Below, piece after piece: positions 41,768 through 52,559 of a DNA stretch of 64,000 nucleotides. Origin of the DNA: Candidatus Latescibacterota bacterium (GTDB lineage: Bacteria; Latescibacterota; UBA2968; UBA8231). Position 1 is the first letter of the stretch. Each line of letters opens with the position of its first letter. The DNA lies in NCBI GenBank assembly GCA_965208105.1, contig OZ242318.1, positions 2,304,001 to 2,368,000 on the forward strand, given 5' to 3'. Made by a program: the position numbers and the translations under genes. The notes under the pieces were generated by a model, which was not told the origin of the DNA, searched no databases, and saw nothing but the letters and a program-made list of their open reading frames with translations.

Positions 41768-42859
41768 TTGTCATTTGAGCACATCAGGGGCCAGGAACGG
41801 GCGATTGCCCAGGTGCAGGCATGGTTGAAGACCCGGCGTCTGCCCCACGCCATCCTTATCTGTGGTCCGGCTGGGACCGGCAAGAGGCGGCTGGCGATCG
41901 AGCTGGCCAAGGCCATAAACTGCAGGGAGGGGTTTGGAGAGGCCTGTGACCGCTGCGTGTCCTGCCATAAAATCGAGACCCTCATACATCCCGACGTCCT
42001 TGCCCTGCTGCCGCACCCTCCGCGGCGGGGAACAAGGGGTGAATCGCGGCTGCCCGAAGGCCTGCGCAAGGCACTGCTCGAATATGTCGGGGAGGGAGGA
42101 TCCCTTCCCCGGGTCAGTGCCAATATTCTGCGCGATCACATCCGGATCCTGCAGCGCGAGATGTCCTATTCGCCACTGGAAGCTGCACGCAAGACAGGCC
42201 TGATATTCGAGGCGGAATGCATGTCCTCAGCCGGCGCAAACTCCCTGCTGAAGATCCTGGAGGAGCCACCCGGAAACGCCATTTTCATATTAGTCTCCCC
42301 TGCCCCCCATCGGCTGCTGCCCACGATTCGCTCGCGCTGCCAACTCCTGCCACTAGGCCGTCTGAGTCAGGAGGAGGTGATAAATACCCTGCAGAGCAAA
42401 GGTCTGGAACCCCATCGCGCCGAGCTGGCCGCTCGCATTGGCGCAGGAAGCCTGCAACGGTCCGCACAGGTAATCTCCGAGGATTTCGACCAGACGCGTG
42501 ATCAGGTAGAGGCGTTTTTGTGGGACGGCCTGAACAGAAAGGACGAGAGTTACTGGACCGTGCTGGACCGGCTTGGGACCAGGGAAAACCGGGAGCGCAT
42601 AGAGTCATTTCTGGAGATTTGCGGACTTTACCTGCGGGACCTGTTCCTGTTGGCCCATGGCCGGGAGAAGGAAATAGTTCACTTCGACCGGCTGGATTTT
42701 TTGCTAAAATTGCAATCCATTTTCGACCTGCACCGCATTGAGGCTGCAGCCATGGAAATAGACCGGTCCCTGGAGAGTCTTGCGCGCAATGTGAATTCCA
42801 GCCTGGTGCTGGTCGATTTGTGGAGGCAGCTGCGGAACCGATCGAGCACGGAAATTTAA
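41768..42859 (+). CDS. holB: DNA polymerase III subunit delta'
   Basis: HA.L..GP.G.GK, Zn-binding C..C..C, HPD, NSLLK.LEEPP and TIRSRC. Confidence 0.88.
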   Translation: MSFEHIRGQERAIAQVQAWLKTRRLPHAILICGPAGTGKRRLAIELAKAINCREGFGEACDRCVSCHKIETLIHPDVLALLPHPPRRGTRGESRLPEGLRKALLEYVGEGGSLPRVSANILRDHIRILQREMSYSPLEAARKTGLIFEAECMSSAGANSLLKILEEPPGNAIFILVSPAPHRLLPTIRSRCQLLPLGRLSQEEVINTLQSKGLEPHRAELAARIGAGSLQRSAQVISEDFDQTRDQVEAFLWDGLNRKDESYWTVLDRLGTRENRERIESFLEICGLYLRDLFLLAHGREKEIVHFDRLDFLLKLQSIFDLHRIEAAAMEIDRSLESLARNVNSSLVLVDLWRQLRNRSSTEI

Positions 42860-42900
42860 TTGACCAACAGGTCCCGGGATGAATCCATTGGAAAAAACCG

Positions 42901-43782
42901 TTGATTTTCCAGGCAAAATTGAAAGATAGAAAACTCCCCGCCGGATTTCCCAGGCCGCGCCGGCGTTTTGGCCAGCATTTCTTGATCGACCGGGCGGTAG
43001 CAGGGCAGATTGTCCGCATGGTACGGCCACGGGAAGGCGATCTCGCCATGGAAATCGGGCCGGGCCGCGGGTCTCTCACAGCCTCCCTGGCCTCCTCTCT
43101 CGATCGCCTGGTAGCAGTCGAAATCGACCGCGATCTTGCAGCATTCCTGCGACGGCGTTTTGCTGAAACCGGCCTGCGCCTCATAGAGGGCGATATCCTT
43201 CAACTGGACCTCAGGCAGATACTCCGGCAGGAAAACAAGGATAAGCTGTTTATCGTGGGCAATTTGCCCTATAATATCACTGCTCCATTGATTTTTCGGC
43301 TGCTGGAGCAAGCACCCTGTATCAGAAACGCCATCTTGATGCTCCAGTGCGAGGTGGCGCGCCGATTGGTGGCTCGGCCTGGCTCCAAGGACTACGGATT
43401 GCTCACAGTACTTCTGGCCATGCGGGCTGATGCCCGGGTGTGCCTAGAGGTGGATAACCGGGCATTCAAGCCCGCTCCCAAAGTCCAATCCTCCGTGGTT
43501 CAACTAAGCTTCAGGGAGGCATGCCGCTATCCAGTGCAGGACGAGCGCATGTTCGCCCGGTTGGTGCGCACGGCCTTTGGACAGAGGCGCAAGATGATGC
43601 GCAATTCACTTCGGACCCTTGAGCATCGGTCGGGACCTCCCCTGGAGGATATAGCCTCGCGGGCGGGGATTGACCTGAGTCGACGGCCCGAGACCCTGAC
43701 CGTCGAGGAATTCGGGAGGCTCAGCGATGCATTTGCCGCCATCGGTAAAGGACGAGCGGCCTGGGCGGACCTGAGAGGCTGA
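42901..43782 (+). CDS. rsmA: 16S rRNA adenine dimethyltransferase
   Basis: FGQHFL, EIGPG.G.LT, VEID, GNLPYNIT, F.P.PKV.S and F.QRRK. Confidence 0.95.
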   Translation: MIFQAKLKDRKLPAGFPRPRRRFGQHFLIDRAVAGQIVRMVRPREGDLAMEIGPGRGSLTASLASSLDRLVAVEIDRDLAAFLRRRFAETGLRLIEGDILQLDLRQILRQENKDKLFIVGNLPYNITAPLIFRLLEQAPCIRNAILMLQCEVARRLVARPGSKDYGLLTVLLAMRADARVCLEVDNRAFKPAPKVQSSVVQLSFREACRYPVQDERMFARLVRTAFGQRRKMMRNSLRTLEHRSGPPLEDIASRAGIDLSRRPETLTVEEFGRLSDAFAAIGKGRAAWADLRG

Positions 43783-43785
43783 ACC

Positions 43786-45729
43786 TTGCGGAGGCAATGG
43801 ATCGGGACTTGCATGGCGGTTCTGCTGCTCCCGGAGGCATTCATCCGGTCCGCATCAGCGGAACAGTACACCCTGAGATTTGGCAAGTCCAGTACGCGGA
43901 TGTCCTGGAGTCACAGGCTGCCCAATTGGCAGTACTCGGTGCCCGTGCGCATTTCATCGCACGGAGACTCAACCTCCATGCTGCGAATTTCCACCTCGGC
44001 TAGTCTGAACTACATTCTCGACGAGCGCAGAAGAGGCAGGAACTGGCAGGACAACGGCTCGGTAAACTGGTTGGTCAACTATCCGATTCTGGGTCCGAAG
44101 GCCGCCATCGGAATTTCGGGCCGCGTGTCCACCCGAAATGCGACACTGCGAAGGCAAAAAATCCGGAACCAGACATTCGGTTTCAACTTTCAATACAAGC
44201 CCTTTCAAAGGGGGCCTTTCCGATCCTTGAGAGCGACCGTGACCCCCGGTCTCATTACTTCCAGCCGTGTCAGCCGAGCCAAGCTCGACAGCACCATTCA
44301 GGAAAAGGGAATTCAGTACAATGCTCGTCTCAGCGTAGCACCGGATGGCAGGATAGCCGGGAAAAAAGTGACCAGCTCCTTGCGATTGTCAAAGAGGGAC
44401 AACACTCTCAAGAACAACAAGGACCGCAGTGAGACGCTCGGCATGAACTTCGGCTACAGTTTACCGCACGATGTAAGCACCAGTTTCAGCATTCATGAAT
44501 CCCGCACCCAGCGAGGAGTGACCCGCTCTGTTATCAGCGAGAAGGAGTCGGACCAGGTCGCGCTGCAGGATACCGCCGTTGTAGCTGACATCTCTCAAAG
44601 CCGGAATACCAGCCTCTTGTCCAAAGTGGACTTCAGGTTGGGCAGGTTCAAAGTCGACAACAGCGTCTCTTACGCGGAGAACCTCAACACGAATACGGCC
44701 AGTGACGACCAGGACGCGAGAAACAGGTACTTCGGGACAGACCGCCAGAGTAAAAAATGGAGCATGACGGCCGATGTGTCCGGCAAACTGGTCGAGCGAC
44801 TAGTCAGCCGCACTTCGCTGATCTACACCACGAGAGAGCAGCGATTTCTGCCCGTAAAACTGGCGGACGAACGGATCTATCGCGACGACCGCGAAGATCG
44901 GGAGGATCAAAGTCTGTCCTTGCAAGGTTCACTGGACTGGCAACCGGCGGAACAACATTCGATCACTCTTTCAGCCCAGGTCCGTTCCACCAGGGATGAG
45001 AACCCCGGCGCTCAGAAGCAGGACAGGGACACCTTCCGCAGCGCTTCCAGGCTGTCTTACGATGGCACCATGGCCAGCGGGCTCAGACTTACCGTGGGAC
45101 TTGGAACGAGCCTCCTCCACAGGGTTAATTTGCACGCGAGCCGTTCGAGTGACAATTCTCGAAACCGGGATATAAGCTTGAATGTGAACACCCGCTATGA
45201 ACGGCTGGCTGCGAGCATTTCCCACAGTTTCGGCATATCCGCCAGACGTACGATCTTTGATTTCGACCGCCAGATCAACAGCGGGGAACTAGACCGCAAA
45301 AGCAATATCCGGCGCGGCTGGAACATGAGGCACTCCATTCGCCGCAAAGTCCTGGAGCATCTTCAACTCAACCTCACCTACGCCTACAAAGCCGACGATT
45401 TCGGAAAGCTTTTCGTAGAGTCGCAAACACAGTTGGTGGAAGAGGACAACAACGATCACACCTTTGGCTTCGGAATGTCCTTCACGCCCAGCAGCATCTT
45501 CTCCCTGGGGACCAACTATACCTACCGGCTGGATAGGAAGTGGGACCACGAGTTTGTGGATCTTCGCGAGCAGCGGCTTTTGAGTTTCCGCAACAGACAC
45601 GAGAACCTGGGGATGAGTATTACCTATAGGCCCAGCGAATACACCAACCTCGATATGAGGGGAAGCCGCTCGCGTCAAAGAAGCGGAGTCTTCGACAGTT
45701 TCAACGTATCTTACAGCCGGAACATATGA
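43786..45729 (+). CDS. Hypothetical exported protein, probable outer-membrane beta-barrel
   Basis: N-terminal signal peptide ending in ASA. S/T/R/N-rich amphipathic beta-strands along the whole length. Confidence 0.6.
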   Translation: MRRQWIGTCMAVLLLPEAFIRSASAEQYTLRFGKSSTRMSWSHRLPNWQYSVPVRISSHGDSTSMLRISTSASLNYILDERRRGRNWQDNGSVNWLVNYPILGPKAAIGISGRVSTRNATLRRQKIRNQTFGFNFQYKPFQRGPFRSLRATVTPGLITSSRVSRAKLDSTIQEKGIQYNARLSVAPDGRIAGKKVTSSLRLSKRDNTLKNNKDRSETLGMNFGYSLPHDVSTSFSIHESRTQRGVTRSVISEKESDQVALQDTAVVADISQSRNTSLLSKVDFRLGRFKVDNSVSYAENLNTNTASDDQDARNRYFGTDRQSKKWSMTADVSGKLVERLVSRTSLIYTTREQRFLPVKLADERIYRDDREDREDQSLSLQGSLDWQPAEQHSITLSAQVRSTRDENPGAQKQDRDTFRSASRLSYDGTMASGLRLTVGLGTSLLHRVNLHASRSSDNSRNRDISLNVNTRYERLAASISHSFGISARRTIFDFDRQINSGELDRKSNIRRGWNMRHSIRRKVLEHLQLNLTYAYKADDFGKLFVESQTQLVEEDNNDHTFGFGMSFTPSSIFSLGTNYTYRLDRKWDHEFVDLREQRLLSFRNRHENLGMSITYRPSEYTNLDMRGSRSRQRSGVFDSFNVSYSRNI

Positions 45730-45919
45730 TTTTAACCTGAAAAAAGTTTCCATACCAAGTCCTCATCTGGCCCTCTGGCACAGGAGAAGCCGGACGTTCT
45801 GCTTTCCCGGCCGGCATATCGCAGGTGATAAGCCACCTCAGGGAATATCTTCAGCGCCGCTATTCCCGGTTCCCCGGCGTAGATGCGGATGTGAGTACGG
45901 AATCCAAGGAGTCCAGATC

Positions 45920-46840
45920 ATGGCCATGCCTCAATCCGAAAAAATCTGGTTCAACGGAAATTTCCTCAAATGGGAGGACGCCAGGATACATGTCCTCTCT
46001 CATGTAATACACTACGGCTCCAGTGTATTCGAGGGCATCCGGTGCTACAGTACCCTGCGGGGTCCGGCGGTCTTCCGCCTCAAGGATCACGTGGACCGCC
46101 TCTACGACTCTGCCAAGATCTACCGGATGGAGATTCCCTACACCAGAGCTGAATTCACCGAGGCCATTCTGGAAACTGTCCGGGAAAACCATCTCGAGGC
46201 CTGTTATATCCGGCCGGTTATTTTCCGCGGCTACGGCGCCTTGCAGGTCAACCCCTTGGGTTGTCCCATCGACTCCGTAATCGCAGTCTGGGAATGGGGA
46301 CAGTATCTGGGAGAAGAAGCTATTGAAAGAGGAGTATCCGTCTGTACTTCATCCTGGAGCCGCATGGCTCCGAATACCTTCCCTTTTCTTGCCAAGGCGG
46401 GGGGCAACTACCTGAACTCCCAGTTGGTGAAGATGGAAGCCAATGCAAATGGCTACGAAGAAGGAATCGTGCTTGGGACGGATGGATTGGTAAGCGAAGG
46501 CAGCGGAGAAAATATCTTCGCGGTGAGAAACGGTGTTATCTTCACTCCATCGTCCAGCTTTTCCATACTTCCTGGAATCACCCGTCACTCGGCCATCACC
46601 TTGGCTCGAGATCTGGGTTTCAAAGTGGAGCAGCGGGCCATCCCGCGCGAATTCCTCTACATGGCCGACGAGATATTTTTTACCGGCACTGCGGCTGAGA
46701 TAACCCCGATTCGGTCAATCGACCAGATTCCGATCGGCAGCGGCGAAAGGGGACCGATTACTCACAAGATGCAGCAGGCATTTTTTGCAATGACCAGCGC
46801 CAAGGCGGAGGACTGCCACGGCTGGCTGACTTTCGTCTGA
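45920..46840 (+). CDS. ilvE: Branched-chain amino acid aminotransferase
   Basis: HYG.SVFEG.R, YIRP, AK.GGNY.NS, EG.GEN.F, LPGITR and GTAAE. Confidence 0.96.
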   Translation: MAMPQSEKIWFNGNFLKWEDARIHVLSHVIHYGSSVFEGIRCYSTLRGPAVFRLKDHVDRLYDSAKIYRMEIPYTRAEFTEAILETVRENHLEACYIRPVIFRGYGALQVNPLGCPIDSVIAVWEWGQYLGEEAIERGVSVCTSSWSRMAPNTFPFLAKAGGNYLNSQLVKMEANANGYEEGIVLGTDGLVSEGSGENIFAVRNGVIFTPSSSFSILPGITRHSAITLARDLGFKVEQRAIPREFLYMADEIFFTGTAAEITPIRSIDQIPIGSGERGPITHKMQQAFFAMTSAKAEDCHGWLTFV

Positions 46841-46857
46841 ACCGGGGAGTGGAACAG

Positions 46858-48708
46858 ATGCGAAGCAAGATACACCGATATTCGGGATCGAAACTCTGGT
46901 TGGGATTCTGCATGGCGTGGATCGCCACTCAGGCCGGGGCCAATACAGCATGGGAGAAGGTGCAGGGAATTTTGTCGGGAACGCGTGATGTTATCGTTCT
47001 GGACGGCACCGACCAGGCACCGCTGAAATACTCTGGCGAGGATAGCGCGGAGTATGGAGATTGGATGGTTCGGCACCTGCTCTCCGACCCGGAAAAGCTC
47101 AACCCCTATACTTCCAGCGATAGAAGCGCTACAAGAGTCCTGGGATATGTTTTCGAGAGCCTGCTCTACGCGGAAAACGAGCCGCCCTATCCTCTGAAGG
47201 GGCTGATAGCCAAAAGCCATCCGACCATTTCCGAGGACAAACTCTCCTATTCCTTCGAAATCAGGGAAGATGTCCAATTTTCCGACGGCCGGCCGCTCAC
47301 CGCCGACGATGTACTTTTCAGTATGAAGGCCATCAAGAACCCCCATGTCCTGGCGCCCCATATGCGGAATTACTTCGCCACCATCAGAGGCGTTCGACAG
47401 GACGGAAAATTCAAGGTCACCTTCATCTGTGATGAGCCATACTTCCGCAATGACCTGGCACTGGGGAGTTTCGAGGTCTTGCCCAAACACTTCTATGACC
47501 CGGATGGCCTGCTCGACCCCGTAAGTATCGGCAACTTGATCGACGGGTCCTGGGAAGAAGGGCAGCACGCGGACCGGGTGAAGAAATTCGCCGAGCAGTT
47601 CAACCAGAATTTCAATCGCAAGGTACTGGGAACCGGGCCCTACTTCATCGAAGATGTGGAACGGGACGTGATTACCCAACAGAAGATCGTCCTGACGCGC
47701 AGCTCGAACTATTGGGGCGCACGCCAAGAAGAACTGCCCTCGTCGGGCTATGTCGACAAGATCATCTTCAAGATCATCAACAATACGGACGCTGCATTCA
47801 TCGAGTTGACCAACGGCAACCTCGACTATCACAGCCTGCGGCCGCTGGAATTCAAGGACAAAAGCTGGTCCTCTGACTTTACCAGTCGGTTTCTGAAGGG
47901 GATCGAATATCGCAGTGGTTATACCTATATCGGCTGGAACAATATTCATCCCATTTTCCGCGACCGGCAGGTTCGGTTGGCCATGACTCATCTGACCGAC
48001 AAGGAATCGATGGTAGAAAACCTGCTCTTCGGCCTCGGCGAGCCGGTCGAAGGTCCGATCCACAAGTTCCGCCCGGAATACGACCACGACCTGGAACCCT
48101 ATCTCTACGATCCGGAAGGCGCCCTGGACTTGTTGGAGGAAGCCGGCTGGAGTGACAGTGATGATGACGGCATATTGGACAAGGTGATCGACGGCGAAAG
48201 AGTCCCCTTCAGGTTTGAATTTCTGGTCAACTCGGGGAACCAGATCCGCAAGGATATCGCCCTGGTTCTTCAGAGCGAACTGCAGGATATCGGCATTGTT
48301 TGCGAGGTGCGCGAGCTCGACTGGTCCGTCTTTCTCGACCGCGTCAAGAACAAAGACTTTGCAGCCGTTACCCTGGGATGGTCAGGCAGCCTGCGGTTTC
48401 CTCCGGATGGATACCAGATCTGGCATTCCTCCCAGGCACAAAGCGGAGGATCCAATTTCGTCAGCTTCAAAAACGCAGAGGTCGACCACATTCTCGAAGA
48501 GTACCGGCGCGAATTCGACATGGAAAAGAGAATAGCGCTCTACCACCGATTCCAGGAAATCCTCCACGGGGAGCAGCCCTACACCTTCCTGTGGAAAGGG
48601 CGCAGAGCCCATGCCTACAGCCGTCGCTTCCGCGGTGTGAACTGGTACCCCATAGGAGCCGACACCCAGGAGTGGTGGGTCAACCCTGCGGACCGATTCT
48701 ACCCCTGA
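46858..48708 (+). CDS. Peptide/nickel ABC transporter substrate-binding protein (family 5)
   Basis: DP..LNP, F.DG.P.TA.DV.FS, GTGPY and VR.A motifs. Signal peptide. Confidence 0.9.
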   Translation: MRSKIHRYSGSKLWLGFCMAWIATQAGANTAWEKVQGILSGTRDVIVLDGTDQAPLKYSGEDSAEYGDWMVRHLLSDPEKLNPYTSSDRSATRVLGYVFESLLYAENEPPYPLKGLIAKSHPTISEDKLSYSFEIREDVQFSDGRPLTADDVLFSMKAIKNPHVLAPHMRNYFATIRGVRQDGKFKVTFICDEPYFRNDLALGSFEVLPKHFYDPDGLLDPVSIGNLIDGSWEEGQHADRVKKFAEQFNQNFNRKVLGTGPYFIEDVERDVITQQKIVLTRSSNYWGARQEELPSSGYVDKIIFKIINNTDAAFIELTNGNLDYHSLRPLEFKDKSWSSDFTSRFLKGIEYRSGYTYIGWNNIHPIFRDRQVRLAMTHLTDKESMVENLLFGLGEPVEGPIHKFRPEYDHDLEPYLYDPEGALDLLEEAGWSDSDDDGILDKVIDGERVPFRFEFLVNSGNQIRKDIALVLQSELQDIGIVCEVRELDWSVFLDRVKNKDFAAVTLGWSGSLRFPPDGYQIWHSSQAQSGGSNFVSFKNAEVDHILEEYRREFDMEKRIALYHRFQEILHGEQPYTFLWKGRRAHAYSRRFRGVNWYPIGADTQEWWVNPADRFYP

Positions 48709-48775
48709 GTAACGGGGATTCCTCAGATTTGCCCCTGCCTGTTTCGTTCCCCCGCGCCAGAATGGTTTTCATATC

Positions 48776-50077
48776 ATGTTGCAATACACATTACAACGCC
48801 TCCTTCTGGCCGTTCCCACGCTCTTGGGTATCACCCTCATTTCCTTTCTCATAATGCACCTGGCCCCCGGGGACCCGGTCGACCTCTTTCTGGGCGGTGC
48901 CGCGGATAGTGAGGGGATCTCCACGGACCGGCAGTCCGACTTTGAAAAGACCCGCCAGGACCTGCGGCGGCAATTGGGCCTCGACAAACCACTTTTCATC
49001 CAGTACTTGAACTGGCTCTCCAACCTGGTCGCCAAGGCTGAAAACCTGAACGAGTTCGACCGAATGGCCCTGCTGGCAGACCGGGTATTGGGCCAGCTCA
49101 GCGAAAGGCAGCGGTCCGAGCTCGCCGACCTGGAATATCAGGCGCTCAAGCAGCGTTTCCTGGAAAATTTTCGCCGGATTCTTCCTCAACGTGCAGACGA
49201 GTTCGAGGCATCGTCCTTCTGGCAAGGCAATACCTTCAAGCCGGAGGCCAACTACGAGTACAACGGAGCCGGCCTGGAGCTGTTCCACCTCTTCGACCAC
49301 CGCTTCGTGACCCTGAATTTCGGGCGTTCCTTCAAGGACCAACAGCCTGTGATCAAACACATCCTGGGTCGCCTGCCCGTCACGTTGGAGATCAACCTCC
49401 TTGCCCTCCTGGCAGCATATTTCATCGGCGTCCCTTTGGGCATGCTGTTGTCGGTCAAGCAGAATACGCCCACGGACCGCCTGCTGACCGGGGGAACCTT
49501 CATGCTCTGGTCCATGCCTTCGTTCTGGGTGGGAATGTTGTTGATCATATTCTTTTGCAACAAGGAATTCTTCTACTGGTTCCCGGCCGCGGGAATTCAA
49601 TCCCTGGAGGCCTCCGAGGACTGGGGATTCTGGCGTCTGTTCACCGATCACGCCCATCACATGGTGTTACCCGTGTTGGCCTCCACCTATGCCAGTTTTG
49701 CGGGAATTTCGAGATACATGCGCACCAGCATGCTGGAGAATCTTCGCCTGGACTATGTGCGCACGGCCCAGGCCAAAGGGCTTCGATTTCCCCTTGTAGT
49801 TTTTCGCCATGTCCTGCGCAACTCCCTGATCCCCATAATAACTCTGATGGCTGGGCTGCTTCCAGCTCTTATTGCCGGATCGGTATTCATCGAGACGATC
49901 TTCACCATTCCAGGCATGGGTTTTCTCGGCTTTCAGTCGGTTATCGTACGCGACTACCCGATGGTCATGGCCCTTTTCACCATCGGCTCGGCCCTCTCCC
50001 TCCTGGGGATCCTGGTTGCGGATATTCTCCTCAAGGCGGTGGACCCTCGAATCGAGTTCGCCCGCGTGCAGGGATGA
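48776..50077 (+). CDS. Peptide ABC transporter permease (OppB-like, with a long periplasmic insert)
   Basis: PGDP, GLDKP...QY..W, DYVRTA.AKGL, H.LRNSLIP and RDYP. Confidence 0.92.
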   Translation: MLQYTLQRLLLAVPTLLGITLISFLIMHLAPGDPVDLFLGGAADSEGISTDRQSDFEKTRQDLRRQLGLDKPLFIQYLNWLSNLVAKAENLNEFDRMALLADRVLGQLSERQRSELADLEYQALKQRFLENFRRILPQRADEFEASSFWQGNTFKPEANYEYNGAGLELFHLFDHRFVTLNFGRSFKDQQPVIKHILGRLPVTLEINLLALLAAYFIGVPLGMLLSVKQNTPTDRLLTGGTFMLWSMPSFWVGMLLIIFFCNKEFFYWFPAAGIQSLEASEDWGFWRLFTDHAHHMVLPVLASTYASFAGISRYMRTSMLENLRLDYVRTAQAKGLRFPLVVFRHVLRNSLIPIITLMAGLLPALIAGSVFIETIFTIPGMGFLGFQSVIVRDYPMVMALFTIGSALSLLGILVADILLKAVDPRIEFARVQG

Positions 50078-50080
50078 GAA

Positions 50081-51133
50081 ATGAAACCCCCGGAACAACC
50101 AGAACCGATTGAAGATTCCGCGCCCGAAAAGAGGTCGGAGTCATATCCCAGGATCGTCTGGCGGCAGTTCAAGAAAAATCGCCTGGCCATGGCCGGCCTG
50201 GCCGCTATCGTCTTCCTGGCGCTGGCGGCCATCGCGGCCGATCTCATAGCCGGCAACAAACCATATTACATGAAATACAGGGATAAGACCTACTTCCCCG
50301 CCTTTCGCCAATACGCGGTTTACCTGGGAGTGGTGGACTGGCCCAAGGAATTGAAAAGGCGGAAGAACTTCAAAAAACTCAAAACTCAAGAAGCCATTTT
50401 TCCCCCCATACCATTTGGGCCTGGGGAAATCAGGCTGCGTGAGAAATACCAGCCTCCGAGCGCGGCACACCTTCTGGGCACGGACCGCCTGGGTCGCGAT
50501 GTGCTGGCCGGCTTGATCCATGGAACCCGCTACGCCTTGACCATCGGCCTGGTATCCGTGGGGATATCGATGATCGTCGGCGTCTTCCTGGGAGCTCTGT
50601 CCGGATATTTCGGAGGGTGGATGGACTTGCTGCTATCTCGGTTTTTTGAGTTGTGGGCGGCCATCCCCTCCTTTTTTCTCATCCTCACGGCTGCGGCATT
50701 CTTTCCCCCCAGCTTGTTTTTCATAATGGTAATCATAGGCCTGACCGGATGGGTCTGGATCGCGCGTCTTACCCGCTCCCAGTTTCTTCAGGTTCGAAGC
50801 TATGACTTCGTGGCCGCGGCAAGAGGATTGGGGTGTTCAAACCAGCGGGTCATGTTCCAGCATATCCTTCCCAATGCCATGGGTCCCATCCTCGTACCCG
50901 CCGCGTTCGGAGTAGCAGGGGCAATCCTGGCGGAGTCTGGCTTGAGTTTTTTGGGAATCGGAGTCCCCGCGGAGACCATCACCTGGGGATCTCTGCTGGC
51001 GGGCGCGCGCAGTAACGCCGCAGCCTGGTGGCTGGTTGTGGCACCGGGCGCCGCCATTTTCCTCACAGTGACCATGTACAATTTACTGGGCGACGGGTTG
51101 AGGGATGCACTCGACCCGAAAATGAAATTCTAG
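50081..51133 (+). CDS. Peptide ABC transporter permease (OppC-like)
   Basis: H.LGTD.LGRDV, HILPN, ES.LSFLG.G and N.LGDGLRDALDP. Confidence 0.93.
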   Translation: MKPPEQPEPIEDSAPEKRSESYPRIVWRQFKKNRLAMAGLAAIVFLALAAIAADLIAGNKPYYMKYRDKTYFPAFRQYAVYLGVVDWPKELKRRKNFKKLKTQEAIFPPIPFGPGEIRLREKYQPPSAAHLLGTDRLGRDVLAGLIHGTRYALTIGLVSVGISMIVGVFLGALSGYFGGWMDLLLSRFFELWAAIPSFFLILTAAAFFPPSLFFIMVIIGLTGWVWIARLTRSQFLQVRSYDFVAAARGLGCSNQRVMFQHILPNAMGPILVPAAFGVAGAILAESGLSFLGIGVPAETITWGSLLAGARSNAAAWWLVVAPGAAIFLTVTMYNLLGDGLRDALDPKMKF

Positions 51134-51400
51134 GCGCAATGTTCCCCTGGTGAAATGATAGTCGAGGGAGGCTTTTCCGGTTCTGCCATAGGTACTGCCA
51201 CGGAGAATAGGCAGGCTCAACTGCCGCTGTATTGAGCAGACAAAGGCCAATCCAGATCCTGGATTACGCCCTGATGGGGCGGGGAATATGCCTTGATATT
51301 GTGGGTAGCAGCCGTTATATTTATTCGCTTTGGGATTAAGCCCGGGAACCGGCCTCGAGACAGTTCAAACGGAAGGATTCGCACCTCTCCAGCCACAGGC

Positions 51401-51871
51401 ATGGCGACCACCGATACCTACTGGATGCGCCAGGCAATCGCCCTTGCGCAGGAAGCCTGCCGAGGAGGTGAAGTCCCCGTTGGGGCACTGATCGTAAGGG
51501 ATGGTTTCGTGGTTGGGAGCGGGCGAAACGCTACGGAGTGTGAGCAGGATCCCACCGCGCACGCCGAGATGCAGGCCATCCGGCAGGCCGTAGCTGCCCT
51601 GAACTCGCGCCGGTTGTCGGACACAACCATGTATGTAACCCTGGAACCATGTGCCATGTGCGCGGGGGCGGTGGTTTTGGCTCGCATCCCACGATTGGTC
51701 TTCGGGGCTTTCGACCCCAAAAGTGGGGCTTGCGGCTCGTTGAGAAACCTGGTCCGGGACCACCGCTTGAACCATCGATGCGAGGTGATTGGCGGAATCC
51801 TTGGTCAGGAATGTAGTGTATTACTTAAAGATTTCTTCGAGGAACTCAGGCTTTCTGGCAAAACGGCATAA
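51401..51871 (+). CDS. tadA: tRNA adenosine(34) deaminase
   Basis: EVPVGA, DPTAHAE, TLEPC.MC and DPK.GA.GS. Confidence 0.94.
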   Translation: MATTDTYWMRQAIALAQEACRGGEVPVGALIVRDGFVVGSGRNATECEQDPTAHAEMQAIRQAVAALNSRRLSDTTMYVTLEPCAMCAGAVVLARIPRLVFGAFDPKSGACGSLRNLVRDHRLNHRCEVIGGILGQECSVLLKDFFEELRLSGKTA

Positions 51872-51876
51872 TTTGA

Positions 51877-51966
<90 letters not shown>

Positions 51967-51985
51967 AACCAGCTCGTTCGCAACT

Positions 51986-52076
51986 GGAGAGATGACCGAG
52001 TGGCCGAAGGTGCACGACTGGAAATCGTGTGTAGCGCAAAACGCTACCGAGGGTTCGAATCCCTCTCTCTCCGCCA
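51986..52076 (+). tRNA. tRNA-Ser(GGA)
   Basis: Long variable arm, anticodon loop CT-GGA-AA, 3' GCCA. Confidence 0.95.
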
Positions 52077-52099
52077 TGAAAATTTCGAGACGCGGTTCT

Positions 52100-52175
52100 G
52101 GGGCAGTAGCTCAGTTGGGAGAGCGCTAGGTTCGCAATCTGGAGGTCGTGGGTTCGAATCCCATCTGCTCCACCA
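52100..52175 (+). tRNA. tRNA-Ala(CGC)
   Basis: G3:U70 acceptor pair, anticodon loop TT-CGC-AA, 3' ACCA. Confidence 0.95.
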
Positions 52176-52192
52176 AATTTCTAATGGCTGAA

Positions 52193-52464
52193 GGTCGTGC
52201 TAGATGGGGAGGTAGCGGTGCCCTGAACCCGCAATCCGCTATAGCGGGATTGAATTCCCATCCAGAGATTCTCGGTCCTCCAATTCAAATGGCGAAAAGC
52301 AGCGTAGAAGGCTGGATCCTGCGCAACGGTTGGCTTCTGAACCCCGTCAGGACCGGAAGGTAGCAGCGGTAAGAATGTCTCTTCCGTGTGCCGCAGGGAA
52401 GTCCGGCCGGAGCTGACTGGCGCCAGGAGAGTTGGTGGCCAGGGTCGAAGATGGGTGCACGACC
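52193..52464 (+). ncRNA. ffs: Signal recognition particle RNA, large (Alu-domain, Bacillus scRNA-like) type
   Basis: 5' GTGCTAGATGGGGAGGTAGCGGTGCCCTG..CGCAATCCGCT Alu motif. Helix 8 GTCAGGACCGGAAGGTAGCAGC. Terminal pairing GGTCGTGC/GCACGACC. Confidence 0.92.
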
Positions 52465-52559
52465 CAATTTTTTTCGATCCCCCTTCCAAGGGCTGGTTGG
52501 CTTCATCCGACAATTCCGGCAGAGGAATCCTGCCCTTCTTTCTCGCTCCAAAAATTCCA

